Below, in pieces: positions 13,245 to 25,440 of a stretch of 61,709 nt of DNA (the first letter of the stretch is position 1; every line of letters begins with the position of its first letter). Source of the DNA: Hydrolagus affinis (Eukaryota). The notes beneath the pieces were generated by a model, which was not told the origin of the DNA, searched no databases, and was given only the letters and a program-made list of their open reading frames with translations. The translations under genes and the position numbers were made by a program. The stretch covers positions 1 to 61,709 of the forward strand of contig JAAILG010001794.1 of NCBI GenBank assembly GCA_012026655.1, read 5' to 3'.

Positions 13245-13620
13245 ATCTCCCACTTGGATTACTCCAAGGTCCTCATCGCCGGTCACCCATGCACCACCAT
13301 TCAAAAGATCCAGCTCATTCAAAACTCTGCCACCCACAGACTGATCCAGACCAAGCTCCACATAAATCAATTCTGACCAGACTCTATTGGCTCCCCTTCA
13401 TTGAACAGATCGACTTCAAGGTTATCACACTTTCGTTCAAATCCATTCACTCACTGACACCTCCCTACTTCTATGACCTCCTCATTCCCCAATCCGCCAC
13501 CATCTCAACTCGACTGGCACTGGCCTCCTGCTCATCCATCACACCCTCCACCATAGGAATTTGGGCTTTCAACCATTACCCGCAAACTCTGGAACACTCT
13601 CAGCCACCTCTCCCTGGCTC
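13245..13620 (+). mobile_element. L2 LINE ORF2 C-terminal fragment
   Basis: Peptide LTRLYWLPFIEQIDFKVITLSFKSIHSLTPPYF. Confidence 0.75.
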
Positions 13621-13951
13621 ACACTTAGGCTCCACCACTGTTAACCGCTCTGGGACTCTACCTACCCTGCAACAATTGTTATTGTCATCGCAAATCAAAA
13701 ATGCCATATGCCAAGGGATGTCTTGAAAACAGATGTCACATCACAAGAGAGATTTGGATGAAGAGGTCCCTTCAACCCATTTGATATGATCCTTCCAGAA
13801 TACCCACATCCAGTCTGCAATCCAGTAATTTGAAATGTAATAATACTTGGCAACCACACTGACTTACAATTTCAAGACTTACAATTTGGAGAAGAAACAC
13901 ACTGTTGGAAAGAAAAATACTTTTTTGCCATCACGAAGTCTGCGTGCTTAC

Positions 13952-14133
13952 CATGAACAGTAATCCTTCCTTCGATCTTATCTTTTCCCTTTGAGTTTCT
14001 AGCCTCACATTCGTAAGTTCCTTCGTCTTCAGGCTGAATGTTTGTCAGCTTGAGGACTGACTTAAAGGTGCTTAATTCAGCACTGCTGGGCAGGCTACCA
14101 TCAATCTTTTTCCACATGATTTCAGGAATTGGG
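13952..14133 (-). CDS. CNTN1: Contactin-1 exon, Ig3 (PIPEIMWKKIDGSLPSSAELS...NIQPEDEGTYECEARNSKGKDKIEGRITVH)
   Basis: 182 nt inside track ORF 13872-14144; tttcag| acceptor and G|GTAAGC donor; DxGxYxC Ig motif. Confidence 0.95.
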
Positions 14134-15734
14134 CTGAAAAGCAAAATGTAATTTTAGAGAGAAGCAATGAAATTAAAAAAATCCATCTATACCAGGCAAG
14201 CAAATTGTATCAATATTTCTTGTTTTACAGATTATCAACTAGAGCATCTATCACTCAGAGAGAGCCCAAAGACAGATTCAGCACTGTGAACTGTGATTCG
14301 GCGCCTTGGGACGTCCTCCCGACGTGAAAGGCACTCTATAAATGTAATTTTGTTGTTGTTGTGAATGGCTTGACATCATTTCTTCTCTAACACTGATAAA
14401 GCAGGAAATGAAGAATGCAAACCACCAGTAACAATCTCATTCTTTCATACCTATCTTTTTTTTTTATCCCTTTCACCATCTAAAATCTTAAAAATCTGCA
14501 GCCAAAGAGAATAGATGGCGAATCTTTTCCCTAAGAAACACAAATGAAATTCACTCAAGAAATGCAATGTGTCTTATCTTTCTCCCACAAAGATGAGTAC
14601 TGTAACTGCTTTCGGAATAATGGGGGTTGAAAATGCATGTTTCTCTACAGGTTTCAGAAACAGCTCATAAAGTTGCTGTCTTATGAGAACTGCACAATCT
14701 GCTTTAGTGGAGTAATGACTAGACTGTCTGATACAATGATATTTGTCAGCAGAGTCACTGTTAACAACTTGGATTCACTCTTAGCAAATTCCTTTGGAAA
14801 CTTTTCTAGATTCAATTGGTTACATTGGTAATTGCTTCTCATTTCTTGAACCTCCCAAAAATGGACATGTAAAAGAATTGGTGAAAAGATCGCTTGGATG
14901 GCCAAATCTCATTCATCGACTGATTTAAGCCTCTTATCATCTCATTTCAAATAAATACGATGTTTTTGCCTTTTGCTTTTGGGTAAATATTATTTTCTGA
15001 TCCTTTTCTGAATTTGTTTTTCACTACTTTTTCTGTATGTCCTGCATCAGTGTTAAGGCTTTGTAGTAAACACTTGGGTTTACATTACATGTATCATTTT
15101 GTGTTTCATAACCTTTGAAAAAGGTCCTTCTTAACTCACTTCCTGCCCAATTGAAGAGCACGTTTTTCTCATACAGTACATGTTTTAGATAATTCGCCCT
15201 ATTTATAATTTGGATTAGTTTTGCCACTCTTCTCTGCTATATTTCTAATTCAAATATGAGGGTGAATACTTGAATTATACATGTACGCCTCAGTAAAACA
15301 GAAGTTGGCATATTGTTGATTGTATGATTACAGTTTGGTGTACAAAATGTTCAATTTAATTAGAGAATAACTGAACTGCATACATCGAAGCTGCTCAAGA
15401 AACAAAGTCCAGACCAGAAGCAGAACAACAACCTTCTAGTCCTTTCAATCATCACTATAATTAAAATTTGAATAACGCAAATAAATAATAATAGTTTTAT
15501 CAGGGGATGAGCAATGCTCCATCCAGCATCTCATCTGACTTCCTACAATATTCCTTGAACACATTTAATAACATTTTATTTAATAACCTAGAATCCTTTT
15601 CATTTGGAAGGACATGTCTCGAAACCTTCATGGCTACTCATTCCATGATGTGGAAGCTTTTATTTGCTCATCATTGTCACATGTACTAGTGTCAGCCATA
15701 TCTCAATCTGAAAGGTCAGATATATCTCCACAGC

Positions 15735-16060
15735 AAGAGAGAATGGAGAGAGGGAATGGAAACACCAGAGGGAGAGAGAGAATATGAAAGCTAAAGGGAG
15801 AGGGAATAGGGAAGGTAGAGGGAGATAGAATGCGAAAGCTGGGGGGAGAGTGAATGGGAAAGCTGGAGGAAGTGAGGGTGAGAAAGTTGAAGCGAGACGA
15901 GAATGAGAAAGCTAGAGGGAGAGCGAATGGGAAAGCTGGAGGAAGTGAGGGTGAGAAAGTTAAAGGGAGACAGAGAATGAGAAAGCTGGAGAGACAATGA
16001 GACAGTTAGAGGAAGAGAGGATGGGAACGCTAGAGAAAGAGAGCGAGAGAAAGAGAGAGC
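15735..16060 (+). repeat. Purine-rich minisatellite, degenerate units of about 22 bp
   Basis: Repeated gagagagaatgggaaagctrgag-like units. Confidence 0.8.
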
Positions 16061-16495
16061 CCACGGTTACCCTATCATCAGTTTTCCACAAGATGCTAGC
16101 CTTGTTAAAGATTGCCTCAGCAATGTGAAGATGTTCAAACAGAGATGGCTTTCACCGATGTCTCATGATGGGCACATCTGTTCTTCCCTCAGTATTCCTG
16201 AAAGTCACAGATCAAGGGTAGACCGGATGTGCCACTCATGGAACCCATATTCCTAACGCTCCTAGCTGTTCTGAAAGCAGCTTTCTTATTAATATTGGTG
16301 CTAAAGGGAAAATGTCTTTTCAAACAACCTTTTTATTTTGTGCCATTAAGAGAGACCACTGCTTTTAGAAAAATTTGGTCAATATTGGAATCACTGTTAA
16401 CTAAACACTGTCCAATGGTCCTTCTGTATGTAATACAACATTTACTAATAATAGCAAACAAGACCATTAGACTTCAATGTCTTTATGACACTTAC

Positions 16496-16595
16496 TTTCC
16501 AAGTGCAAAACACTCGAGAGTCAGATTATGACCCATCAGGACTTGAGTCTCTGTGAATCGTATTCGTATATCAGCAGGATATCTTTTCATTACAC
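16496..16595 (-). CDS. CNTN1: Contactin-1 exon, Ig3 start (GVMKRYPADIRIRFTETQVLMGHNLTLECFALGN)
   Basis: 100 nt, tctcag| acceptor and AA|GTAAGT donor; YPADI and TLECFALGN motifs. Confidence 0.95.
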
Positions 16596-17034
16596 CTGAG
16601 ATTTAAAAGAGACAGTTCAAGAATACTATCATGTTAGGCATGCAACGGTAGTCAGCATTTCTATAATCATGAAATCACTTTTGATTGTCTGTCTTTTCAT
16701 TTACAATGATAGTTTCTCAATAATTCTTTTCAATAACCTCAGGTGGCTTTATAACTATACAACCAATTTTCACAATGTCAAAAGTTCTCTGTCATCTCAA
16801 ATGTCAATCTCTGTTGTTTTTTCAGACTCTGGATGCAGCTGACCAGTTACTCGGTTTTAGGCTCGGTCCTGGGATCCGCTGTTGTAAAGCGCTCTGAGAC
16901 ACTGTCCGGCGTGGAGGGCGCTATATAAATCAAAGTTGTTGTTGTTACGCAGTACTCTAGGTGTGGTTTCAACAGAGTTTATTGTATAGCTCTGTTTTAA
17001 AGATTCTTTCTGTCTCCACTGATTCCACAGTTCC

Positions 17035-17075
17035 CTAACATGGTGTCATCTGCAAATTTGACGACCTTCTCACAG
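17035..17075 (-). mobile_element. CR1 reverse-transcriptase remnant
   Basis: Reverse strand encodes KVVKFADDT. Confidence 0.55.
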
Positions 17076-17853
17076 ACAAATTGGGGGATGTCTCTGATGA
17101 AATCACTATCAGCGTGACTAGCAAATATATAGTTATATCTCAAATACATAACCATGATGATTTGAAGATTCCTAACTCTTACATAGTCAAATGAGGACTT
17201 TGTCAGCCGGAGCCGTTTGTCACATCATTAACATTTGACCAAATACAAAGGTTATTTATCCTTCACTGCAAAATAGGATTATTTTTAGCTTCATGATCTC
17301 ACAATCAAGCCTTTAATCAGCTCAGGTGCAACATGTCTGAAGATTAATTTTGCTCAAGTGCTGCTGCCTGCCAACTTTAAACATAATCAAATCACATCAA
17401 TTCCCCCTGGATACCCTTTCTGAGCACAACAATAATTAAGAGGTTCTTAGCAGTGTCTGAATTAAATTGCTGTTCACTGCAATTCAAGTACATAAGAGAA
17501 ACATTCCCAATAATAAAATTGCTAAATTAATAACTTCATAATAAATTAATGTTTCTTTGTCAACAGCAGGTATCTAGCACATTGTCTCAGGTATCTAAAT
17601 TCCTGTTGCAATAGCCAGCCAGTCCATCATAATAAGGACCTCCAGATAGTGCTACCAAAGCTCCAGCGAATATAATGTCCAACATTATACAATACAACAA
17701 TTTACAAACATATTTCAATTGACAATCCAAACTTATTTACACGACATCTGGTCGACATGTGTATCATACAACTTGAAGTTAATCTAATGCAGACATGAAT
17801 ACTCAAGAACAATTAGGTTTCACAATTTTCGAGATCAAAAGATGAACCCTCAC

Positions 17854-18060
17854 CGTCAGTTTGAGGAATGAGTGAAATGTATTTGCTGAAAACACTTTTG
17901 GAAATTGATGGGCTGGTTACAATACAAGAATAATTCCCGATATCATTTGACTTTACTTTTGAAATGTAAAGATTTCCGGTGGATTGGGAGACAAACCGAC
18001 GATCATCAGATATAATGAATTTAGGAAATTCATTCAATAACCAGCGATAGGTGAGATCAT
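17854..18060 (-). CDS. CNTN1: Contactin-1 exon, Ig2 ([15 protein letters not shown]...[13 protein letters not shown]...GNYSC...[19 protein letters not shown])
   Basis: 207 nt inside track ORF 17813-18073; tcacag| acceptor and G|GTGAGG donor. [13 protein letters not shown] and PSIxKSVFSK fit CNTN1 better than CNTN2. Confidence 0.96.
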
Positions 18061-18301
18061 CTGTGAAAGACAAAACAATATGGTTAGCTGTTTACAGAAC
18101 TGTGGATTCAGGAATGATTTTTAAGTCTCAGTTTAATCACAATAAGCAATACATTTATTATATTGCACCAAGGACAGAGGCATATCAATGGATTAACACC
18201 TCTCTCTCGCCCTGCTTCTCTCTCCTCCAACTCTACCTCCCACCAAAATGGTGTATAAACCCACGATACTGTTAGGCTACACAAGCAATGTAGTATCCGT
18301 T

Positions 18302-18420
18302 AGAGAGAGAGGGAAAGAAAGAAAGGGGAAGAGATAGAAAGAGAGAGGGAAAGATAGAGAGGAAGGAAGGAGAGGGAGAGAGAGAAAGTAAAAGAGGGAG
18401 AGAAACAGGAGAGAGGAAAA
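18302..18420 (+). repeat. GA-rich low-complexity tract
   Basis: Almost entirely purines. Confidence 0.8.
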
Positions 18421-18454
18421 ACAGTGCCCTTTTAAGACCAAAAACTGAAAGTGA

Positions 18455-18636
18455 CACTACCGGCAGCCTTCACAACTAATCATACCACACTCTTGTGCGA
18501 CAATCAACTCATTAAATGCGCCACCGCGATTGTGCTGGATAAGATCCGGTTATTCGAACGGGGACCTTTTTTTTGAGGTGCTGGTTATATGGAAATTACG
18601 GTTGATCGGGTCAGGGATAAACAGGCTTTTACTGTA
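18455..18636. mobile_element. One end of a Tigger/pogo-like DNA transposon
   Basis: CpG-rich segment ending ...ggataaacaggcttttactg|TA (reverse: TA|CAGTAAAAGCCTG), a typical pogo-class terminus. The partner TIR was not found. Confidence 0.45.
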
Positions 18637-20856
18637 CTGACTCTAACTAGCCACAAGGTGGTGAGAGATGCATGTGCTGCAACAATCCATTGACTGAGAG
18701 GGACAAGGAGAATTAAAGCTTTGTAGGTCCCATCTGCAACAATCCAACCAAGTATTTGAAAACAATTTGGCAAAATCAAATGACAGCAATGAATGAATCC
18801 TTGGGCACTCAGAATGAATTAGAGACTTGGCTATCAGCAAATATTACTACTGTCAACAAAATTAAGCAAAGTATATAGGATTTATCAGGTAAGCAAATGG
18901 AAGAGTTTAAATTGTGATAAACTCTGAACTATAAAGTCAATAAAGTGCTGTAACTGTGTTTATCAATTATATTCTGATCATCTTGCCATTGTCCAGATGA
19001 GGTATCCCTGGTGGCTGGATAACTGTGCAAATGCTGTGGTGATTTGGTTTCCAATCACAGTCCAAGACTTGGGAATCCAAATTGATTGTTCAGCTCGACA
19101 CTGCAATTAATTTCCGTTTTAGCCACCAACTGTGTTTGATCATTTGTTTCCCAGTCCAATCCATTTGCCACAATTTTGCTCCCACCCTTCCCACCCCCAT
19201 CCTTTGGATCCATTCACATCTTCCTTCCCAACCCAACCAATTTGGAATTCCCTGTCCCAGGAAAAGGATAGAGCAACTTCAAATTGAACTGTTACAACAG
19301 ATATAATAAAGAACTTCACTCAGCACAGATTTTCACATCCAATGTGTAACACACACCATATAGAACATCAAATACACAGTAATCAATCAGCCACTACACC
19401 CTGAAACTCTGGAACTCTCTCCCTCAATCTTGCTCCCACCCTCTCCACTTTCAAATCCCAACCTAAAGAACTCCCTTTTTGATCATGCTTAGGGTCACCT
19501 CTCCCCTCCTTCTCCTCCTGGCTCAGGGTCAGACTGTAAAGCACTCCAGAACACTATCCCCATGAAAGGCACCATATAAATGCAAGTTGTTGTTGTTGGG
19601 CAGCATAGAGCTTCATGCATGTGTTTTGAGCTTCACTCACATCATACGTGTTGTATACAACTTCATACACAGTATAGCTATTCACACATGCTTCACACAC
19701 AAAGTAAAGAATTACATACACAGTATAGAGTATCACACAAAAGTTAAAAAAAAACATGCATACACGGAAAAGAACAAGAGCAGATGTATTTCTCCTTTAG
19801 TTTGCATGAGTAGGCCCTAAATTAAATTGTCTTGGGCAGCTGTGCCTCAATCCAGCGAAATCCAAGTTCAGAGCAGAAATTCTCCAATACTTCAGCACAA
19901 AAATCAATGGCACAAATTTATAAATCGTACAATCAACTATATCATACATCCACCTGAGTCCCATTCAGTATCCTATCAAAACCATTTAGATTTCTTGTAC
20001 TAGTCATAGTAATCATGTCTTAACCCATAACGCTGTTTCCTTATCCTCCATTATTTGTGCACTTACCTGCTGTATTAAATCACAGGAAATGAAGGACTAA
20101 CCCACCAAAGCATGTGCACTTACCATTCGGCTGCATTGAATCACGGGAAACGTAGTATCAGTCCATCACCTCATGCGCAGAAGAACTTCATTTCCCGCGA
20201 TTCAATGTGATTCCAATCGTTGCCAGCAAGTGTGCAAATGGCAGCAGGTCCTGAAGGATTGAATTACGGGAAACGTAGACTTGACCTGTCAGTGCATCTG
20301 CACTTACTGACTGCACTGCCAAACTACCTGCTGTGCACTTACCGACTGCATTGATCTATGTATGCACAATGTAGATGGTTGATTACATTAGATTTTATAT
20401 GACTTATACAGTTTGCCTGCAAACTGGCACTTCGAATAAATCATATTATATGTTATGGTCCCGATTGATATGGTTTGTGTGAGTTTTACTGTACTGAAAA
20501 ATGTTCCAACACTTTCATTACTAATACAAACAAAACCTCCCACCCCAAAACCACACAAAAACAAAAATACAACAAAACTATATTTGTAAAGTGCCCTTCA
20601 CATAGAGAGGATGGCCCAAGGCGTTGGATATGAAATACACGTGCTTCTACCTGACGGTGAATTTCAGTGTGTACTTCCTGTCCATTAAAGTACAGATAAT
20701 TATCCAGAGTCTGCTCCATACCATACTATATACCTTACAAAGGCAAAAGAGATGAAATTCAACTGTTCCATGACGATATTGAAACCAGGTCAAAAACAAA
20801 TGAAAATGAAACGCATGTACTTTATACCTGGCGGAGTGTAAACTAATCTGATTTAC

Positions 20857-20952
20857 CTGGGAAATGGGGAGGAGCAGCACACATGAGGATTGCACCAACT
20901 CCTTCTCTGACTGTCACAGATGGACGCTCATCAACAGAAAATCTGTCAAGAT
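20857..20952 (-). CDS. CNTN1: Contactin-1 exon, Ig2 start (YLDRFSVDERPSVTVREGVGAILMCAAPPHFP)
   Basis: 96 nt, ttccag| acceptor and CAG|GTAAAT donor, in phase with both neighbours. Confidence 0.95.
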
Positions 20953-21324
20953 CTGGAACCGAGAGAAGATTGGAAGAAGACATGTTTACTCCAGCTGCCA
21001 TTGTACACTGGGAATTTTAAATCAGAAAATGAAGTTCAAGAGGTATAAAACCTGCTTTGGATGACCTTATTGTTAAACACTCTCAACTTTTCTTAAATAG
21101 AGCTTTCTACTGTAAAACATGACACTGGTCATACACACTTGCTGTGTAAAAGTCAGATTTTCTTTTCTGTGTGTCTTCCCCTACTTAATTGTTTGAAGGC
21201 ATGGTCATAGAGGCGGGTCTTGAAATTAGTTTTGAAGAAGGCAAGAGAGAGGGCCAGGCAGTGGTACTGCAGGATGGAGGGTGGAAGCAGAGTGGCTGAA
21301 GATCCGCTCACCAATGATGGGATA

Positions 21325-21465
21325 GGCAAGGCTCTCACCGTCAACGCCATCATTGTTGATGAAAACATCAATATCCTGCCCTAACTGAAACCTGGATAAC
21401 CCCAGGCAACACCTTCCCAGTGATTAAGGCCACACCACTTGGCTATACCTTCCACCATACTCCAC
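21325..21465 (+). mobile_element. L2 LINE endonuclease fragment
   Basis: ctaactgaaacctggataaccccaggc encodes LTETWITPG, an APE-endonuclease motif. Confidence 0.55.
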
Positions 21466-21789
21466 TTTGATCTGCTGTACCTCAACTCCTCAAAAATATT
21501 TAATTTCTACTCATTTCTGTTCGTTAAGCCTCTGATGAAAAGGATGAGGTCACGTAGCAGGATATAATTTTGATTAGAGTCTAATTCTGAATGGATTTTA
21601 GCTCACAAAATAAAGTCCTTCATTTTTGCCAAATATTTTTTCCTGGGCAATTTAAAACACAGATTCAAATCTATTTTCTCATCCAATCTGACACAAATAT
21701 ATCAATTAGTCAATTTAAATTCTGATATAATTCAACCTTGCTATTGTCTAAACATGATTAACAGTATTCACTCCTCCTCAGATGTCACC

Positions 21790-22125
21790 TGTTTAACTTA
21801 GTAGAAATCTTGCCTGAGTCCTCAGGCTGTGTGTTCAAGCTCTAAGTCGGGACTTTGAGCTCATATTTGGAGCTCATGCTCTAATGCAGTAATGGGGCAG
21901 TGTTCAAGGTGACGCCGTTCAGATGAGACATTAAAATCAAAATCTTGTCTGCCTGTACAGGTGGACATTCAAGATCCCATAGCATTCTTTAAAAAGGCAA
22001 AGGATGTGGACTAAATATCTCTCAGTATATGGACTAAATATGCCCCAGATGGAACTTCATGGCTATTTGTGGGGCATTGCTATGTGCAAATTGGATGCTT
22101 GCAATTTACCTACAAACAACTCTGC
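21790..22125 (+). mobile_element. Older DeuSINE-like SINE (related copies near 4250-4455, 37125-37375 and 52995-53385)
   Basis: Core motifs gatgagacattaaa...tctgcctgtacaggtggacattcaagatcccatagca and tgctatgtgcaaattgg, resembling the Deu domain as I recall it. Confidence 0.6.
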
Positions 22126-22272
22126 TCAGCATTCGGAATCTTTTTGACTAACTCAAATGGAATGATTATTATTATTATTATTATTATTAGTTTCAGCCCT
22201 GAAGGTTTCTTCCACTATGGGCTTTGGCCTTTCACTGAGGTTTTTCATTGATAAGAAACGATGATTACGTAC

Positions 22273-22445
22273 AGCCAAATTGTAGTTCAGCCTCTGCGCT
22301 GATGATGGTTCCATGATTGTTTGTTGCCAAACATCGGTATTTTCCACGATCCTTCTTCTTTACTGGATTGTTGATAATCAGGTTACCTCCCACCATACTG
22401 TAGCGGGTATCATCCATGTTAATCTCCCGGTTGTCTAATTTCCAC
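22273..22445 (-). CDS. CNTN1: Contactin-1 exon, Ig1 second half (WKLDNREINMDDTRYSMVGGNLIINNPVKKKDRGKYRCLATNNHGTIISAEAELQFG)
   Basis: 173 nt, acatag| acceptor and T|GTACGT donor; RYSMVGGNL.INNP matches CNTN1. Confidence 0.95.
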
Positions 22446-22801
22446 CTATGTTAAACACAAAGCACATTCTACATACAACAACGAAAAGGGCAACAAACTA
22501 CAAATGTATAATGTGGCTTGGTTCTGATCCACAAACACATTTCAATGGGTATGTTAGACATAATGAAAGCATAAGATACTGGGCAATGATTCTCAATGAA
22601 TGTAAGGGGTGAATCAGTAGTCAGTTGGAACTTACCTGAGATCAAATGATGACAATAGAGAAGAGAAAGCAAAAGGCAAAATATTGTGAGGAAAATCTGT
22701 TTGTTAGTTATTCTTCGACATCTGTTTAATCACTTGCAATACTCTGATCCACAACAGTGAGATACTTCAATGAAAACCAAACTGTGTGTATTTTGTATTA
22801 C

Positions 22802-22928
22802 CTGTAGACTGCAGGAGGGTTTGCACGTGCTCTGCAATTAAGTGATACTTTTGCCTCCTCTGATTCCTCTGGGTAGATTGTAGGCATTGGCTGTTCTTCA
22901 AACACTGGTCCATACTGCTTGCTGTCTT
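22802..22928 (-). CDS. CNTN1: Contactin-1 exon, Ig1 first half ([43 protein letters not shown])
   Basis: 127 nt, ttgcag| acceptor and AG|GTAATA donor; contactin motif GPx[20 protein letters not shown]. Confidence 0.95.
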
Positions 22929-25303
22929 CTGCAATCACAATGCATGACTATTATAGGCAGTGCAGAAGTATAGGATGACCATGGCATGTCCTGTAAATCT
23001 AAGTAGTTCATTTATTACAAATCCATTTGATCAGGTGTGATCCTTCCATTGGGAGGAGGGTTCAGTATAACATGTGTCACTCACCTAGGTTCTTTTCATT
23101 TGCATCCATCAACACTCCCCAAGACTGAAGAACAAATGTTTTATTTATTCCTATTATTGTCTGTTAATCAGATGCCCATTTTTCTTTCTGCCTCACTTTC
23201 CTCAAACCACCTCTTCAGCCAGGAGCTCACAAACCAGATCAATTTTACAACTTTACTGTAATCTAGTACAACTCTTAATTCTTGACTGCCTGTCTTATTT
23301 TTCTTCAGTTAGCTTCTTTGTCTAAGATGCTTTAGATGGACTCTGTTGCCCATTTTGTGCACTTAATTTCAAATGCCGAGCCAAACACGAGGCAAGTGTG
23401 AAAAAGCAAAGCACCAATTTGCCATCATGACTTTTGTTAGTCCATAATTTGCATCTGTCCATATCTATGTCACACAACATTCTCTTTGCTTTCACAACTT
23501 ACCCTATCAATCAATCCATTATGGTATCCTCTAAATAATGAAAACACATAAATGAAGCCCTGGAAAAAAGTATCGTGACACTAGACTTACATGTTCTGCT
23601 GCATATGAGGATGTTCATACAGGAAAGGAGGTAAGGGGGAAAAAGTTCATAGCACAAGTTATAGACTCAAAAATTAAAAGTTTCAAAGTGTGCAAAGTTA
23701 TGTGAAGTTTCTCAAACAACCCAAGTATGAGCACAGTTTGTTACACTATATATCACCACAATAGGAGGGATAATCAGCTCCATCGTTTGTTACAAAATTA
23801 GAGTGATTGTTTTGTCAGTGCACTGCATCTGCTTTACACAGAATTCCCAGGGCTTTGGGGACCACAAATATCAACAAGTTTACATACAGAACACCAAAGG
23901 CTGATATCACTAAGTGATCGAATGGACCATGAAAACTTTAATTTGCAAACATCTATTTTTCTTTGTTTTTAATGGAACTAAATAATTCAAAGAATAAGAC
24001 TCAATTGTGCTGTGACTGAGGGTTAATAGATACCATTTCCACCAATAATGGACAATTTTTGTTATTATTGCAACCCAACATTTCATTTCAGCTGGAGATA
24101 AAAAAGATGTAAAAGGTGGCTATCTGATGTTCGGCACTTTAAACCTGTGTTCAAGTGTACAGATACCTAAGGAAGCCCAAGGTTGGGAGTTAATTGGACA
24201 ACTTTGCCAGAAGAAGAGTTAAAAGTAATACATTCATGTTGAAGGATATTGGAAAACCTGTTGATTAACTATACAAAGCAAACCAGAACAAGCAGTGATA
24301 TGCACAGAGGCAGCCATAGTGTTGGCTGTATAACGAAGCTCAACTCTGTCACCATGCATTACTCGAATGTTGAGCCTGAGATAATATGGCACAAAATCCA
24401 TACTAAACTTCTGAATGGTGCAGAGTGCTGGCTCATGATCAAGTAGTGCTTCACTTGGGACAATTACTGAAGTAATTTCAAGGCAACATACTGTGGACTC
24501 AATTAACAGTTTTGAAACTGTGGATAATTCTGAACTGCACTCACATATTCCCCCCATTTCAAAGCAAAGTATCAGCATCTCTGATAAACCAGGAAAAAAC
24601 CAAAACATATTACTGAACAACAAGTGCTTTGAGATGACCTCCCAATGTGAAAGGTGAAGGTTAAATGTAAGTATTATTATTATTTTATAATTTGAGCTCC
24701 TCAAATTTTAAATACCCAAATTACTATCAGTCCTTCATTTCATTTTTATTCATCTTGCCACAAATGAACTACATAAAAGGAACTTTCACAAATCACGGAG
24801 ACCACTGCACTGCAAAGGTTTCACATATTTGAACTCTTGAAACATATCTTAATAATAAGTTTTTTTTTATTTTAACTGTGGATTCCCATTCAATTACAAA
24901 TAAATTAATGCAACAAAACTTCCAAACTTTAATAACGCCCTCAAAAATAAATAAAACCAAGAATATTTCAGGATCTCAAGCGGTTTGTAAATTGATCATA
25001 TATGATACTGTCATTATAAGATCTAACTTGGTCCACCCTACCCTTTTGGATGGCACAAGTCAGGACACATTTACACTTTGCCAACACAAGACAAGCTGAT
25101 CCAACACTAACAGTTCCCTGAATGACTGCTGCAGGTACTACTTATCTACTCACACAAGCCTGGACAGGTTTCAAATGCTGAATAAATGTGAATATTATTA
25201 TTATCATACAAGACAACGTTAATTTTCATTCTGAACAAGTGAAATACTTGAGCCTTTTTTCCTTCCGATTTTGAGATAAATTGGGTCAAATTTTCTTTTA
25301 TAG

Positions 25304-25341
25304 GAGTTCTGACGAGGGTCGTGGACCCGAAACGTTGACTC
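25304..25341 (+). ncRNA. Minimal type I hammerhead ribozyme motif
   Basis: gagtt-CTGACGA-gggtc(gtg)gaccc-GAAA-CGT-T-gactc: both catalytic core boxes, 5-bp stem II, stem I gagtt/gactc, stem III reduced to the palindrome ACGT. Confidence 0.75.
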
Positions 25342-25440
25342 ACTTTTCCTTTCTCCATAGATGCTGCCTGACCTGCTGAGTGTTTCCAGCGATTTCTGTT
25401 TTTGTTTCAGATTTCTAGCATCTGCAGTATTTTGTGTTTC
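25304..25440 (+). mobile_element. Penelope-like element terminal-repeat (pLTR) fragment
   Basis: Hammerhead motif followed by a tail (agatgctgcctgacctgctgag...agcatctgcagtatttt) that recurs near 30893, 32480 and 43950. Confidence 0.65.
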
